Counted from the stretch's first letter, positions 1 through 13,324 are shown. The stretch is DNA of 64,000 bases from Eledone cirrhosa (GCA_964016885.1 OZ024750.1:9300001-9364000); one strand, 5' to 3'. Program-made: numbers and translations. The notes: a model not told the origin generated them from the letters alone.

Positions 1-206
1 TATACTTGTTCCTATATATATATATATGTCTAACCCATGCTAGCATGGAGAATGGACGTAAAACGGTGATGATGATGATATATATAACCCCCAAACAGTT
101 GTCAATTGTTTCCCGAGGCTACTGCTAGAATAAAAGAATGATGAAAGTCATCTAAAACAAATGATGTTATGAGGTTGTGCTTGCAAATGAATCGAACATT
201 AATAAT

Positions 207-391
207 TGTTTCTACTTTAGGCACAAGGCCAGCAATTACCCAATGCATTACTGGTACTTTATTTTATCGACCCCGTAAGGATGAAAGGCAAAGTCAACCT
301 CGGCGGGATTTGAACTCAGATCGTAAAGGGACGTAACTATGCTGGAAAGCATGGCGTCCGACCCTCTACCGATACTGCCAATCCACCGCCC
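207..391 (-). mobile_element. tRNA-derived SINE, family S1 (core CCTTTCATCCTTACGGGGTCGATAAAATAAAGTACCAG), full length with TSD
   Basis: On the - strand: A-box-like TGGCAGTATCGG, B-box GAGTTCAAATC, conserved core and (AAT) tail. 15-bp direct repeat TCGAACATTAATAAT at 192-206 and 392-406. More than 10 copies in the window. Confidence 0.9.
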
Positions 392-484
392 TCGAACATT
401 AATAATGTTATTAGAATATTATTATTATTCGATATAGAATTCACGAATGCATTTGCGGATTCGCTATGTTAGAGCGAAAACAAC

Positions 485-533
<49 letters not shown>

Positions 534-1564
534 GTCTGTCTGTGTGTGAAGTAGCCCCTGTAAAATGATAAAGTGTAAAATGATGATGATGATATATGTA
601 TACTGAATTTCAGCTCCAACCATCTCTGATATGGGAGCAATGATACAATAAGGAATTTACACCAACACCCAGTTAGTTATAAAAACACTCAAGTAGCCCT
701 CATATGACAACAGTCTTTCAGTAGTTAAATAGTTAAAATTGTAATGGCAGTAACAACTTTTATCAACTAATCTTGGTTCACTCTCTCAGATTGGTGACCT
801 CTATAATTTGGCTGACATGTAATGGTATCTTTAATATTTATGTCGTCTGCAACTCATAACTTCTGGAGTCTTCTAAATCTGAAATAGTCTGTGTTAAGAA
901 GAGAAATTCATCCAAAGTTTTAAAACATAAAAAAAAAAAAAGACTTGAATAAAAGCCTCGGCGGCCATGTTATTCAGCGGCTCCAAACTATTCTTGGTTA
1001 TAATGTTCAGTTTTTCTAATGTATTCTTAAAAGGTAAAGTTAGACATTTCATTGAGTTGATTGTTAATTGGATAAAAGGAAAGTGAAACAATGTTATTTT
1101 TAGACTGTTTCCACGGAAACACAGAGAGAGAGAGATCTGTTGTTATTACACATTGAAAGCATAGAGATTTGTTCCATTGTTTCATTATAATTCCTCCTGA
1201 TTTATACAACACAGTGAAAAATGTTCCCTTGTTAACCAATTCAGTAGAACATTGGCCAGCACTTCAAATTAATATCTCATAATCTTTTTTATATTTATCA
1301 GATCAAAAGTATTTTAGATTTTTAGATTTCACATTTATCATTAATGTTTGTATATTAAAAATTGTTCTTTCTAATATTTCACTGATATAGTATGAATTTG
1401 ATAGTTAACAAATCTTTCTAATAAAATATACTTAATCTGAAAACAAAAGAGACTTTGAATACAAATATATTTTATTATCACTAGTTTAATTAATAATAGG
1501 ATATTATAAAACATTTTGAATATTACAAATGAAAAATATTTTCTTGTTCTCATAAATCAATGTT

Positions 1565-1935
1565 ATATATGTATGTAGGGTAGTATGTATGTCGGGAAGT
1601 ATGTATGTATATGTATGTGTGTATAGAAGTATGTGTATATGTATGTATGTGTGTGTGTATGTACATGTGTGCCAGTGTCTATGTTAGTATGTATGTAGGA
1701 AAATAAGTTTGTATGTATGTATGAAAGTATGTATGCATATATGTATGAAAATATGTATTTATGTATTATGTATGATGTATGTATGTATGTATGTAAATAA
1801 ACAAGTATGAATATATTTATGAATGAATGTATATAAAAAGCTATGAATATATTTATTGATGTATATATATATATATAAAACATATATATATATCTGAATA
1901 TATTTATGGATATATACATACATGTATATATATAT

Positions 1936-1990
<55 letters not shown>

Positions 1991-1999
1991 CATGTGTAT

Positions 2000-2071
<72 letters not shown>

Positions 2072-2077
2072 CATACA

Positions 2078-2121
<44 letters not shown>

Positions 2122-2127
2122 CATACA

Positions 2128-2158
<31 letters not shown>

Positions 2159-2271
2159 GTATATGTATATATATACATACATGTGTATATATATATATAT
2201 ATATATGTATAGATATATATATACATACATGTGTATATATATATGTATAGATATATATATACATACATGTG

Positions 2272-2327
<56 letters not shown>

Positions 2328-2360
2328 CATACATATATATATATATATATTCACACACAC

Positions 2361-2398
<38 letters not shown>
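1565..2398. repeat. (TA)n/(TATG)n/(TACA)n compound microsatellite
   Basis: Directly visible; source of the YIYI ORFs. Confidence 0.95.
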
Positions 2399-2400
<2 letters not shown>

Positions 2401-2774
2401 GATTATATCTATATTCTAATTCATGTGTTTATGATAAATAATACTGAGCCATCTTTCAAGTTTACATATTTATTTTAAAATGTGTCTTGATTTATTTAAC
2501 ATGTCTGAATAAAAATGACATTAATCATAATCTTTTTGATCAAATTAAATTATTAATTTCAGAAAAGAAAAAATATCAAATAGAATTTGTAAAAATATTT
2601 TGGTATTGTTACAATTTTAGTCTAAAGTTTCAGCTAATACACAACTGAATAATGTCTATATTTATATTCTTTTTATCACTGTATGCAAAGTATCTGTCAT
2701 TGCACTATAACCACAATGGTAGTTGTTAAATTAGACATATTTCTATTGCTTAGTCATGTTCTTTATTCTTTCAG

Positions 2775-2995
2775 AACCTCTAATACTTGTAGGAAAGATA
2801 GCAAGATCTAGTTTTGGTGTAGAGTTAGCTAAAAGCGCCCAAGGTTTACATGGTGCTGTTAAAGCAGGTGGAATATTTGTGTTTCTGCAGAAGACGGTTG
2901 ATCGAACGGGAATTTCAAGACTAGAAATAAGTAGTAATGTAACCACTACCATGCTAGTTGATACACCGATCTTCCATGATCAGTCAACTCTCTGA
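2775..2995 (+). CDS. Candidate terminal coding exon (EPLILVGKIARSSFGVELAKSAQGLHGAVKAGGIFVFLQK...STL*), weakly FG-GAP/integrin-alpha-repeat-like
   Basis: Polypyrimidine acceptor CTTTATTCTTTCAG ending at 2774; open non-repetitive frame of 73 codons to TGA. The S-x-FG-x-x-L and GA-x-x-x-G-x-I-x-VF patterns loosely resemble FG-GAP repeats. No upstream exon found in the window. Confidence 0.35.
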
Positions 2996-3154
2996 AACGA
3001 TCGTAAAACAATGAACTAATTAACTACTTACCTCTGACTTCTGTCTCGTTTTTATTGTTCGATACACATTTCCAAGATGACCGACTGAATATACATATGT
3101 GTTCCTTCTTATTATCACTCTTTACTTTCTATTTATCTTCTATTTCTAGCTCTA

Positions 3155-3292
3155 TCTTCTGATGAAGGACTAGTGTCCAAAACTTTATAACTCTCTTCCT
3201 GTTATTTCAAGTGTTAAACTAATATATTTCTTCTATGTCTGTGCCGTGTGTTTTATTATTTTTGTTTACCTTTCACATACATATCTCTATAT
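3155..3292 (+). mobile_element. Penelope-like short element, family D, with decayed hammerhead
   Basis: TCTT-CTGATGA-A-GGAC-TAGT-GTCC-AAAAC (GAAA mutated). The downstream sequence is shared with copies at 4632, 23660 and 25050 and ends in (TA)n. Confidence 0.7.
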
Positions 3293-3326
3293 GTATATAT
3301 ATATATGTATATGTATATATATATGT

Positions 3327-3380
<54 letters not shown>

Positions 3381-3381
3381 G

Positions 3382-3455
<74 letters not shown>

Positions 3456-3988
3456 TATATGTATATGTGTGTATGTATATATATATATATATATATATGT
3501 ATATGTGTGTATGTATATATATATATATATGTATATGTGTGTATGTATATATATATATATATGTATATGTGTGTATGTATATATATATATATATGTATAT
3601 GTGTGTATGTATATATATATATATGTATATGTGTGTATGTATATATATATATATATGTATATGTGTGTATGTATATATATATATATATGTATATGTGTGT
3701 ATGTATATATATATATATGTATAGGTGTGTATGTATATATATATATATATGTATATGTGTGTATGTATATATATATATATGTATATGTGTGTATGTATAT
3801 ATATATATATATGTATATGTGTGTATGTATATATATATATATATGTATATGTGTGTATGTATATATATATATATATGTATATGTGTGTATGTATATATAT
3901 ATATATATATGTATATGTGTGTATGTATATATATATATATATATGTATATGTGTGTGTATATATATATATAATGTATATGTATGTGTG
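3286..3988. repeat. (TA)n-based minisatellite, unit about GTATATGTGTGTATGTA(TA)n
   Basis: Directly visible tandem units. Confidence 0.95.
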
Positions 3989-4631
3989 GCCAATGTTGTC
4001 TTAGTGGTATTTAAAATTAAATCTTCATGAGACAACACAAGAGGAAAGATAAGAAATCTTTTTTTTTCCTATTTCCTTCTTGGTATTTATTGATTTATCT
4101 CTCAACATCTAAAGACAAGTTGTTTAAATATTTAACCAGATGCCTGTAGTGGCTCTCTTTCTTATTCTCTTCTATATTTATTCTCAAACAACACTACTTT
4201 TATCATATTTGTTCTTACTCTACTACATATTGATGAGACACACTGCTAAATGTGCCATATCTCAGCTGAAGATAGATATCTGTACTTCTTGATCTTACTG
4301 TTGTTGTTACTATTGTGGTTTATTCCCAAGCCATTTTTGATCCAGCTGACCTATAAAACAATTCCCAAGTCAATTTTGATCCAATAGACCTATCAATCAA
4401 AGATAGCCAAGCCATGAGTATTTCTTGCAAACATACACAAATATATATATATATATAGATATTAAACATTTATACTCTGCTATGTATTGAGTACCTTACT
4501 TACTGTGATTACCCCTGATTGAACATGGGATACACACACACTCATAGATATATATATATTATTTTTATCTAAAGATATTTTTTCCAATTCCATCCCGCCT
4601 GTCCCCTCAATCTATCTTATTTCTCATTCTT

Positions 4632-4667
4632 TCTTCTGATGAAAGATTAGCGTCCGAAACGTTAAGA
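4632..4667 (+). ncRNA. Minimal type-I hammerhead ribozyme motif (family D)
   Basis: Stem I TCTT/AAGA; core CTGATGA 4636-4642; stem II partly decayed here (GGAC/GTCC in sister copies); GAAA 4656-4659; palindromic AACGTT stem III; predicted cleavage after GUU. Confidence 0.7.
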
Positions 4668-4752
4668 CCCTCTTCCTGCTATATCAAGCGTTAACCTAAT
4701 ATATCCCTTCCATATACTGTACCGATTGTGTTGTTATTTCTGTTTACCTTTT

Positions 4753-4780
<28 letters not shown>

Positions 4781-4783
<3 letters not shown>

Positions 4784-4976
4784 TTATTCCGGGTTGAATC
4801 GGAGGTAACCACAGTAAGTAAGGTACTCAATACATAGCAGAGTATAAAAGTTTTAATATAGATGAGATTCTACAGGACTAGAACTGTTTCATTCTTTAGA
4901 AATCATCAGGAATCGCTGATTCCTGATGATTTCTAAAGAATGAAACAGTTCTAGTCCTGTAGAATCTCATCTATAT
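4781..4976. mobile_element. Fold-back Penelope-like element, family A: 59-bp perfect inverted arms, each carrying a hammerhead core
   Basis: Palindrome 4856-4914 / 4918-4976; CTGATGA-TTTCTAAAGAAT-GAAA-CAGTTC on both strands; flanked by (TA)n. Confidence 0.8.
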
Positions 4977-4995
4977 ATATATATATATATATATA

Positions 4996-5128
4996 AGTAC
5001 AACAGTGACATAAACGGGTACTCAAGTTTCGTTGGGTTCTCATGTCACTGTTGTAATTATTTATTCTAAGCTCATCCTATGGACTGAGTGCTCTTACTCT
5101 TGGATATTTCCACTTAACTTTTACTTCC

Positions 5129-5130
<2 letters not shown>
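4996..5130. mobile_element. Short fold-back element, family F, within (TA)n
   Basis: 14-bp inverted arms 4998-5011 / 5042-5055. The - strand spacer reads CGAAA-CTTGAG-TA, like the 3' half of a hammerhead. Confidence 0.5.
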
Positions 5131-5190
<60 letters not shown>

Positions 5191-6644
5191 CTGTATATAT
5201 ATGACATATATATATATATATGCCTGCACTGTCAAATGTTTAACATGTCTCATCACATCACATCACATCACATGTTTCAATATTCATGAAACCAATGGTA
5301 AAATGGAAACTTATAACAAAGGATCAAGATGAGCCAAGTTTCAATAGAAATCTAAATTTGAGATTAAGTACTTCCGAACACTCTTTATATAAACCCTTTT
5401 ACTAGATGTCAAGTCCTTATTGACTAGAACTAGTGGTTTATAATGAACTGTACTTCCAGAATAAATGTGTCATCTTCAGTTTTATATAAAAGTGGTATGG
5501 TGAATGTGATTTTGTTCCTGAATTGTACTTTCAGTTATATTATATGAAATTATATGTCTATTTGTGGTGATGTGAGTGAGTGTATGTCTAATGAAGCACA
5601 AACAATTTTTCTACTCTTAAACACCATTAGCACCATGTAACCAAAAATGTGCTGATTATGTCCATAAGAACTACTTGATGCTATACATATACTCAATCTC
5701 ATTCACATACACACACATCCACACATAAATACACATAGACATTTATACATACATGCACATACACATATATTCGCACAAATGTGCACTCATAAACACTTAC
5801 ACATACCTACACATAAATGCACACAATCAAATTAGATATGCATAAATACACAGGCACACATACATGCACATACATACACACAAGTGTACACTTACATACA
5901 CACATTAGACATGCATAGATAAATACACACATAGACATACATATACATACATACACATAAATACATTAGACATGCATAGATACATAGATACTTACAATGA
6001 CATACTTACATAGACAGATAGAGAAAGACATGTATATTCACACACTCTCACTCTCTCTCTGACACACACATACACACGCATACATACAAATACATGTACA
6101 TACATAAACAAATAGAGAAAGGCCTGTATATTCACATACAGAACTCTCACTGACACACACATACACATACATACATGTACATATATAGACACACAGAACT
6201 CTCTCTGACATACACACACATACACACACATACATACACATACATGTACATATATAGACACACAACTCTCTCTGACATGCACACACACACACATACATAC
6301 ATACATACATACATACATACATACATGTACATACATACAAGTATGTATACAGCTAGAGAAAGGCCTGTATATTCACACACAACTCTCTCTGATACACACA
6401 CACACACACACACACATACAAATACATACATACACATACATACAAACATGTAGATATATAGACAGAGAAAGGCCTGTATATTCCCCCACTGCCGTACACA
6501 CATGTAGGGAAGTGAGCAGAAGGCTTCTGGGTATCAGTAAATGTGACAGTAGATCACATCACCAGGTGGGACTAATTAACAGGTAGAATTAATAGGTTAG
6601 TGTCCCTTGCAGCAGACTGTTGGAGTGAAGTAGATATAGGACAT

Positions 6645-7215
6645 GTTGATGGTGATGATGATGATGGTGGTGGTGGTGGTGGTGGTGGTGGTGGTGGATA
6701 TGGTGGTGGTGATGGATGTGGTGGTTGTGGTGGTGATGATGATGATGATGATGTTGGTGGTGATGGTGGTGGTGGTGATGGTGGTGGTGGTGGATATGGT
6801 GGTGGTGGTGGTGGTGGCGATGGATGTGGTGGTGGTGGTGGGGATGATGATGGTCTTGGTGGTGATGGATATGATGGTGATGATGGTGATGATGATGATG
6901 GTGGTAGTGGTGGTGGTGGTGGTAGTGGTGGTGGGGATGATGATGGTGGTAGTGGTGCTGATGATGATGATGATCGATATGATGATGGTGGGGGTGATGT
7001 TGGACACCACGATGATGATAGTGGTGATGAGGAAGATAGTGGTAACGATAATGAACATAATGGTGAGGGTGGTGGTGGTGGTGGGGAGTGATGGAAATAA
7101 TGATGGTCGAGATGATGATGATGATGATGATGATGATAGTGGTAATGATGATGATGATAGTGGTAGTGATTATTCTGATGGTAATGACTGTGATGATGAT
7201 GATGATAACAATGAG
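6645..7215. repeat. (GGT)n/(GAT)n trinucleotide array
   Basis: Directly visible; produces the poly-H/G/D/M ORFs. Confidence 0.95.
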
Positions 7216-7247
7216 TATTGAGATGGTAGGGGATAGGTGTAGCATGT

Positions 7248-7870
7248 AGAGAGAGAGAGTTTCTGAGAGGCAGAGAGAGAGAGAGAGTGTGTGTGTCTCT
7301 GAGAGGCAGAGAGAGAGTGTGTGTTTCTGAGAGGCAGAGAGAGAGAGAGAGAGAGAGTGTGTGTGTGTCTCTGAGAGGCAGAGAGAGAGTGTGTGTTTCT
7401 GAGAGGCAGAGAGAGAGAGAGAGAGTGTGTGTGTCTCTGAGAGGCAGAGAGAGAGTGTGTGTTTCTGAGAGGCAGAGAGAGAGAGAGAGAGAGAGAGAGT
7501 GTGTGTGTGTCTCTGAGAGGCAGAGAGAGAGTGTGTGTTTCTGAGAGGCAGAGAGAGAGAGAGAGAGTGTGTGTGTCTCTGAGAGGCAGAGAGAGAGTGT
7601 GTGTTTCTGAGAGGCAGAGAGAGAGAGAGAGAGTGTGTGTGTGTGTCTCTGAGAGGTAGAGAGAGAGTGTGTGTTTCTGAGAGGCAGAGAGAGAGTGTGT
7701 GTTTCTGAGAGGCAGAGAGAGAGAGAGAGAGAGTGTGTCTCTGAGAGGCAGAGAGAGAGTGTGTGTTTCTGAGAGGCAGAGAGAGTGTGTCTCTGAGAGG
7801 CAGAGAGAGAGAGTGTGTCTCTGAGAGGCAGAGAGAGAGAGAGAGAGTCTCTGAGAGAGAGAGAGAGAGA
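7248..7870. repeat. Minisatellite of TCTGAGAGGC(AG)n(TG)n units
   Basis: About 20 visible tandem units, alternating short and long. Confidence 0.95.
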
Positions 7871-8295
7871 CTGTCATGTAATTTACAATAACTTCATTCA
7901 CTGATGGTATTTTTAAGCATAATTTTTCCATAATTTTTCCTCATTTTTAATTTCACATTTTTTTTCTATGTCAATTTCTCCTTTTATGGACTTATACACT
8001 TACCATTTTTAGGGTGTGTATATATATATATACACATATTTTTATCCTTCAATTTGGTTTAATTATATACACTCTTATATTTTATATACACTCATTCTAT
8101 ATTTTCTGAACCAACTCTTTCTAATAAGAAATCTTTCTTTCATAGTTTCTCATCACTGTTCTTTTTAGACGACTTTAAAATTTATATACATAATATGCAT
8201 ATATATATATATTATATATATAATATGCACTATATATATATATTATATATATATATATAATATGCACTGTGTATATATATTATATATATATAATA

Positions 8296-8359
<64 letters not shown>

Positions 8360-8563
8360 GTATAGTATGTATACATATAATATGTATATAAATAATATCA
8401 TCAACATCATCATCATCGTTTAACGTCTATCTTCCACACTAGCATGGGTTAGACGGGAATTGTCCCATTTGAGGCAAGATTGGTCTCACTCATATAGGAC
8501 TATATACATATATATCAATATATATATATATATTTATATATATATATATATTATATATATTAT

Positions 8564-8616
<53 letters not shown>

Positions 8617-8634
8617 ATATATTATATATATTAT

Positions 8635-8731
<97 letters not shown>

Positions 8732-9237
8732 ATATATATTATGGAATACTGTTGGCTTCTTGCTACAATACTTTCTATACCTTTCATTTATACACGGACG
8801 CTAAACCTGATGATGATGATGATGATGATATCAACATATATGTGATTAACCCAAAGCATATGTAGTCACAAATAAACATCAGTTACATATGTACATATAT
8901 AGAGAAACTCTTCAAATGCCCATATCATCATCATCATTTTTATATCCGTTTTTCCATGCTTGTATGCATGTATAATGTAATATATATCCATACTAACATG
9001 GAAAGTGGACATTAAACGATGATGATATATATATATATATATATAAAAGGAGATTAATATCCTCACAGGTACTAAGTACCCCTGGAAATATATAGGGTCT
9101 CTATGATACAGTGGTGTTCCATGGTATTAATTTGACATACCAGAACTATAAAATTGAGATAAGGGGAGCAAGTAAAATTCAAACAATTTCTTAAAATAAA
9201 TTAAAAAATATAATTTAAATATTTACCTAATCCATTT

Positions 9238-9317
9238 GCTTTTACCAACAGTTTCACCTTACAAAAGATTGGAGATCCTAGGGATCTCCAATGGAAATGT
9301 TCGGATCATCAGAGAGC
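9238..9317 (-). ncRNA. Hammerhead ribozyme motif with extended stem II, inside a Penelope-like remnant (about 9045-9500)
   Basis: - strand: GCTCT-CTGATGA-TCC...ATTGGAGATCC/GGATCTCCAAT hairpin...GGT-GAAA-CTGTTGG-TA-AAAGC. Stem I has one mismatch; the element ends at (TA)n. Confidence 0.6.
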
Positions 9318-9499
9318 AGTTTCCTTTCCTAGGACAGAAGTCCCAAGAACGGCAAAATATATTGCCACCTGCCAGCTAGCACAGGATCGAATGAGGCCGT
9401 AAACTTGACCTATGCATGAACCAGCCCTTAGTAGAAGCAGGAAGTAAACATAGACGTGTTGTCTATCACACCACTAAAAATAGCAGCTAAATAAAACAA

Positions 9500-9581
<82 letters not shown>

Positions 9582-9848
9582 AAACATAGACATATGCACA
9601 CATACACATATATTAAATATATTGACATTGTACTTTTATGAAAGTCTTCAAATGTTATAGAACTTGAAGAAATAAGGAAACTAAATTTTGATTTGTATTA
9701 AGAAGAGCATACAGCTGTAGAAACCAGTCTAGAAATGGTTCTATGTGAGCAGGACATGATCATTGGATCTGACTTGTCTCACAATGGGACAACCTATCTA
9801 ACCCATGCTAGAGTGGAAAATGGACATTAAACGATGAGGATGATGATA

Positions 9849-9898
<50 letters not shown>

Positions 9899-9904
9899 GT
9901 AGAT

Positions 9905-10078
9905 CTGGAGTTAAAACGGGAGTAACCACAGTTGTTAAAAAGGTACTCCATACATTAGTAGAGTGTAAATATATTTAATATATAAATCGCTTTTACATGA
10001 CTAGAACTGTTTCATTTATATGAAATCATCAGGAATGATACAATTCTAGTCCTGTAGAAGCCAGTTCTATATTACATA
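9905..10078. mobile_element. Diverged family A fold-back element
   Basis: CTAGAACTGTTTCAT...AATCATCAGG followed by the inverted TTCTAGTCCTGTAGAAG; similar to the 4781 copy. Confidence 0.7.
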
Positions 10079-10228
10079 TAGTATCATCATCATCATCGTT
10101 ATGTATATATTGTTATACTTTGGGAGGCTCATGCTACCAATAAAAACAAACACAGCTGTTGCTTTTCACTTTATTATAAACTTCCAGTTGGTTAGTTTAA
10201 TAACTGCATGGTTATTTAATTGTTCATT

Positions 10229-10271
10229 GTCAAAACTCTTTCATCACACATTCTGTGACCTCATCAGTGAC
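10229..10271 (-). ncRNA. Compact type-I hammerhead ribozyme motif
   Basis: - strand: GTCA-CTGATGA-G-GTCACA-GAATG-TGTGAT-GAAA-GAGT-TT-TGAC. Stem I GTCA/TGAC, 6-bp stem II, intact core. Confidence 0.7.
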
Positions 10272-10403
10272 TAGTTTGTTCTTATTTCGTGTCTCTCCTT
10301 TGTTCTGTCTTACACCATCTTATTCAAATAACGTGTGAAATTGTTGTTCTGAACACATCAGTATATATTTTCATGCCTTACTTTATTTTATTATATTACC
10401 TTA

Positions 10404-10596
10404 AGGGGCAGGGGATTGGCAGTGTCAGTGGAGTGTTGGACACCATCCTTTGAAGCATAGAATTACGGTCCTTTACGTTCTGAGTTCAAATCCCACCAAG
10501 GTTAACTTTGCCTTTCATCCTTACGGGGTCGATAAAATAAAGTACCAGTAATGCACTGGTGAATTGCTGGCCTTGTGCCAAAAGTAGAAACAATTA
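10404..10596 (+). mobile_element. SINE family S1
   Basis: A/B boxes, core and GCCTTGTGCCAAAAGTAGAAACAATT tail. Confidence 0.85.
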
Positions 10597-10610
10597 TATT
10601 ATCTTAACTA

Positions 10611-10816
10611 TATAAAAGGAGGGGACTACACAATATATAGGACCATTCAACAGAATTCGCAATATAATCGGCTTGTCTCCCCACAGCCCCGGCGGACAGA
10701 ATGGAGAAGGTGTTTCCTCGGAGGACGACAAGGGAGACGCGTTGGAAAAGCCACTTGAACTAGTGGGGCTCACACCTGCGGCTGGCCAGCCCAGCCCAGC
10801 GCCTATGGTGGTGAGT
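10611..10816 (+). other. GC-rich segment with TATA box, initiator-like CATT, and ATGGTG|GTGAGT splice donor: candidate first exon, internal exon (10687-10810) or LTR remnant
   Basis: TATAAAA 10611-10617; CCATTC about 10643; acceptor-like TTGTCTCCCCACAG ending 10686; 124-bp open frame PGGQNGEG...PAPMV; donor GTGAGT at 10811. Confidence 0.35.
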
Positions 10817-11155
10817 TAAGATCCCATTTTTCTAATGCTTCATACTATAACTTTGTTAGCCATTGTATATATTACTAAGCTTACTTCTGTAGTCCTCGTA
10901 GCAAACTTTATTATCTTTGCTTTCCCCAATAAAAACTCTCATCAATAATGTACACATCTTTCTAACTGTGATACTGTTGTTGTATTTGTTTCTATTTTGT
11001 TGTTGCTGCTTCTGTTGTTGTTGTTGTTGTTGTTGTTGCTGTTGTTGTTGTTGTTGTTGCTGTTGCTGTTGCTGTTGTTGCTGTTGTTGTATCTAATTTC
11101 CTTCATTTATACATCTGAGATAAGACTGTGATAGGAAAATATTGGTAAACAGTAC

Positions 11156-11192
<37 letters not shown>

Positions 11193-11250
11193 TACTACTG
11201 GCAGATTTTTCTTTCGTTTTTTTTATTATTATAACTAAAGAAACCATTAT

Positions 11251-11317
<67 letters not shown>

Positions 11318-11872
11318 TTCAGTGGTGAAATAAGTGCAGTCATCACATATTTAAAGATAATTCTTTGATAAAAAAAATCAAAAAAATCTTAAAACCAAAT
11401 TAATAACCAAATAAGATGTATAAATAGCTACATTGTAAACTTCAATTTTTTTTGGTGTGTGTGTGTGTTGAACATATGTACCTGATACTGTTTTCTGTCA
11501 TATATTTGCTATGAGACCTGAAGCATATAATTTAGGTAAAAGGAGAAAAATATATTTTGTAAAATACTAAAAGTAAAAATAAACGAAAAAAAAAAAACCC
11601 CATACAAATTCAAGAAAATCAAATTTCTTTTTATTTTCAATATTTATTTAGATTGAGTTAAAATACATTTATCAAAAGCTTCTTACTTTTTTTGCTGACG
11701 AACTATTTTAATCTAATTTTGTATATTGTATTCTCATTATTAATTTTTGGGTTTTTTATTAGTCATCATTTGAAATTATAAAAAAACAGTTTCTATGAAG
11801 ATATTTATGTGATATTTCTACTTCACAGCTATAAAATGACAGGTCAAACTACAGCATGTAAATATATATATA

Positions 11873-12211
11873 TCATTATCATCAGCGTTTTACGTCCGTT
11901 CTTCCACGCTAACATGGGTTAGATGGGTTGTCCTCTTGTGGGTAGTGTCCAGTTGGCTGACCTTGTCTTGCTCATACAGGAACTGATTCTGGCTTGATTT
12001 CTACAGCTGGATGCCCTACACCAACCTCCTTTATAGTGAGTGCTGGGTGCTTTTTTGACATGGCACCTCCACGACCACTTTGCAGTGGGAGGGGGTGGGA
12101 GCATATTGTCTATATGCTTCAGCTTCGGCTTGTACCCGTGGGAAGTCGGGACTTTTGTATTACTGTGTGACGCCAGAGATTACAGTCATGTGTCATCGCC
12201 CTTGAGAGGTG

Positions 12212-12212
<1 letters not shown>
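11873..12212 (-). mobile_element. RTE-LINE 3' end / derived non-autonomous element
   Basis: (GAT)n tail, AACCCATG..AGCGTGGAA..GGACGT stem-loop, CAGCTGGATGCC motif, and remnant of the last ORF codons. Confidence 0.75.
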
Positions 12213-12264
<52 letters not shown>

Positions 12265-12459
12265 AGAGACAGTTTTATTTGTACAGCTTCATTATATTGT
12301 CTAATTCATTATACGTATTTCAAAGATGCAAAGGTAGTTATATAATAACCACTCTGCACGTTTTCCTCAACCAACTTTCATCAATTGAAAAAAAAAAATA
12401 TATATATATATATAGTTCAAGAATAGACAAGACACCCGATATCCCCCCCCCCCCATACA

Positions 12460-12578
12460 CATGCACACTTTACTAACATTTGTACATTATTCTATGTACT
12501 ATATTCTATGTACTATACATGCACCTTTGATGAATTGTAGTGCACCTGAGCACTGTACACAATAATTTCATTATTATT
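12460..12578 (+). mobile_element. LINE 3' UTR fragment, probably CR1 clade
   Basis: TTTGATGA.TTGTAGTGCACCTGAGCACTGTACACAATAATTTC(ATT)n; also at 23245-23337 (-), 24940-24995 (+) and 39005-39100 (-). Confidence 0.65.
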
Positions 12579-13324
12579 TTAAATGCAGAGATGCAAAACT
12601 ACAAAGTCTTATTAGTTTCATGCTTTAGAAAAAGTAAATGAGGGTTTCGATGTGTCAGACATGAGTCCTTCTTCAGAAAATGGAGAGTTTGGTGTGAGAG
12701 AGAAGGTTGGAATAACTGAGTTTGGAAAAAAAATGATTTTAAGAAGGCTGGGAAGGGCTAGGCAAGTTGTCCAGCCTTGGGCCAAGGTGAAAAGTGCAAG
12801 TGAATCATGGGTGTTGTTATGTGTGTGCATGTGTGGTGTGATATGGTGTACTAAAAGGGTTAATCTCTATTTCAGTTTAGTATACCTCTAAGGGCAGAAG
12901 CCAAAACAACTTGAGATTTTGCTAAAGAAAATAATAAAATACATACTTAAAGAAATGTTTCCAATCAGAAAATCCATCGAATGGCAGGCAACGTAGAAGT
13001 TATGAAAAATTTCAACATGATGGTGGAATAAATTACTTGGTAATGGAATCAGACACTAATAGGAGAACTAGATTATAGTTTAGTAAGTGGCAAAATAAGT
13101 CAAAACAAGAGGAAATATCGATTGGCAATGTATTGCTCCTTTCATGAGTTCTTCAATAATCTATGTTCATATAGTTATGATTGCACACAGAATTATGTTA
13201 CATGCAAAAATAGTTATGTTGAGAAAATTAGAGCAACTAAAAATATGTGTTGAATGAATTAATCATGTGATTATTTATACAGGGTGTTATAGGTATTTCT
13301 TCTTGTCCACACATTATTATAGCT

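Noticed and set aside
207-391. tRNA genes
   Set aside because: The A/B boxes belong to SINE heads with TSDs and tails; no cloverleaf.
1563-4038. Long YIYI/ICIY ORFs (also at 25-26 kb, 37-38 kb and 56 kb)
   Set aside because: Translations of (TA)n compound microsatellites, open in several frames on both strands.
6589-7245. His-rich or Gly/Asp-rich ORFs (also 39232-39980) resembling structural or metal-binding proteins
   Set aside because: Trinucleotide arrays open in most frames, with no splice or start context; the 39 kb array abuts an RTE terminus.
8806-8830. CTGATGA match
   Set aside because: Start of a (GAT)n retroelement tail, with no hammerhead stems.
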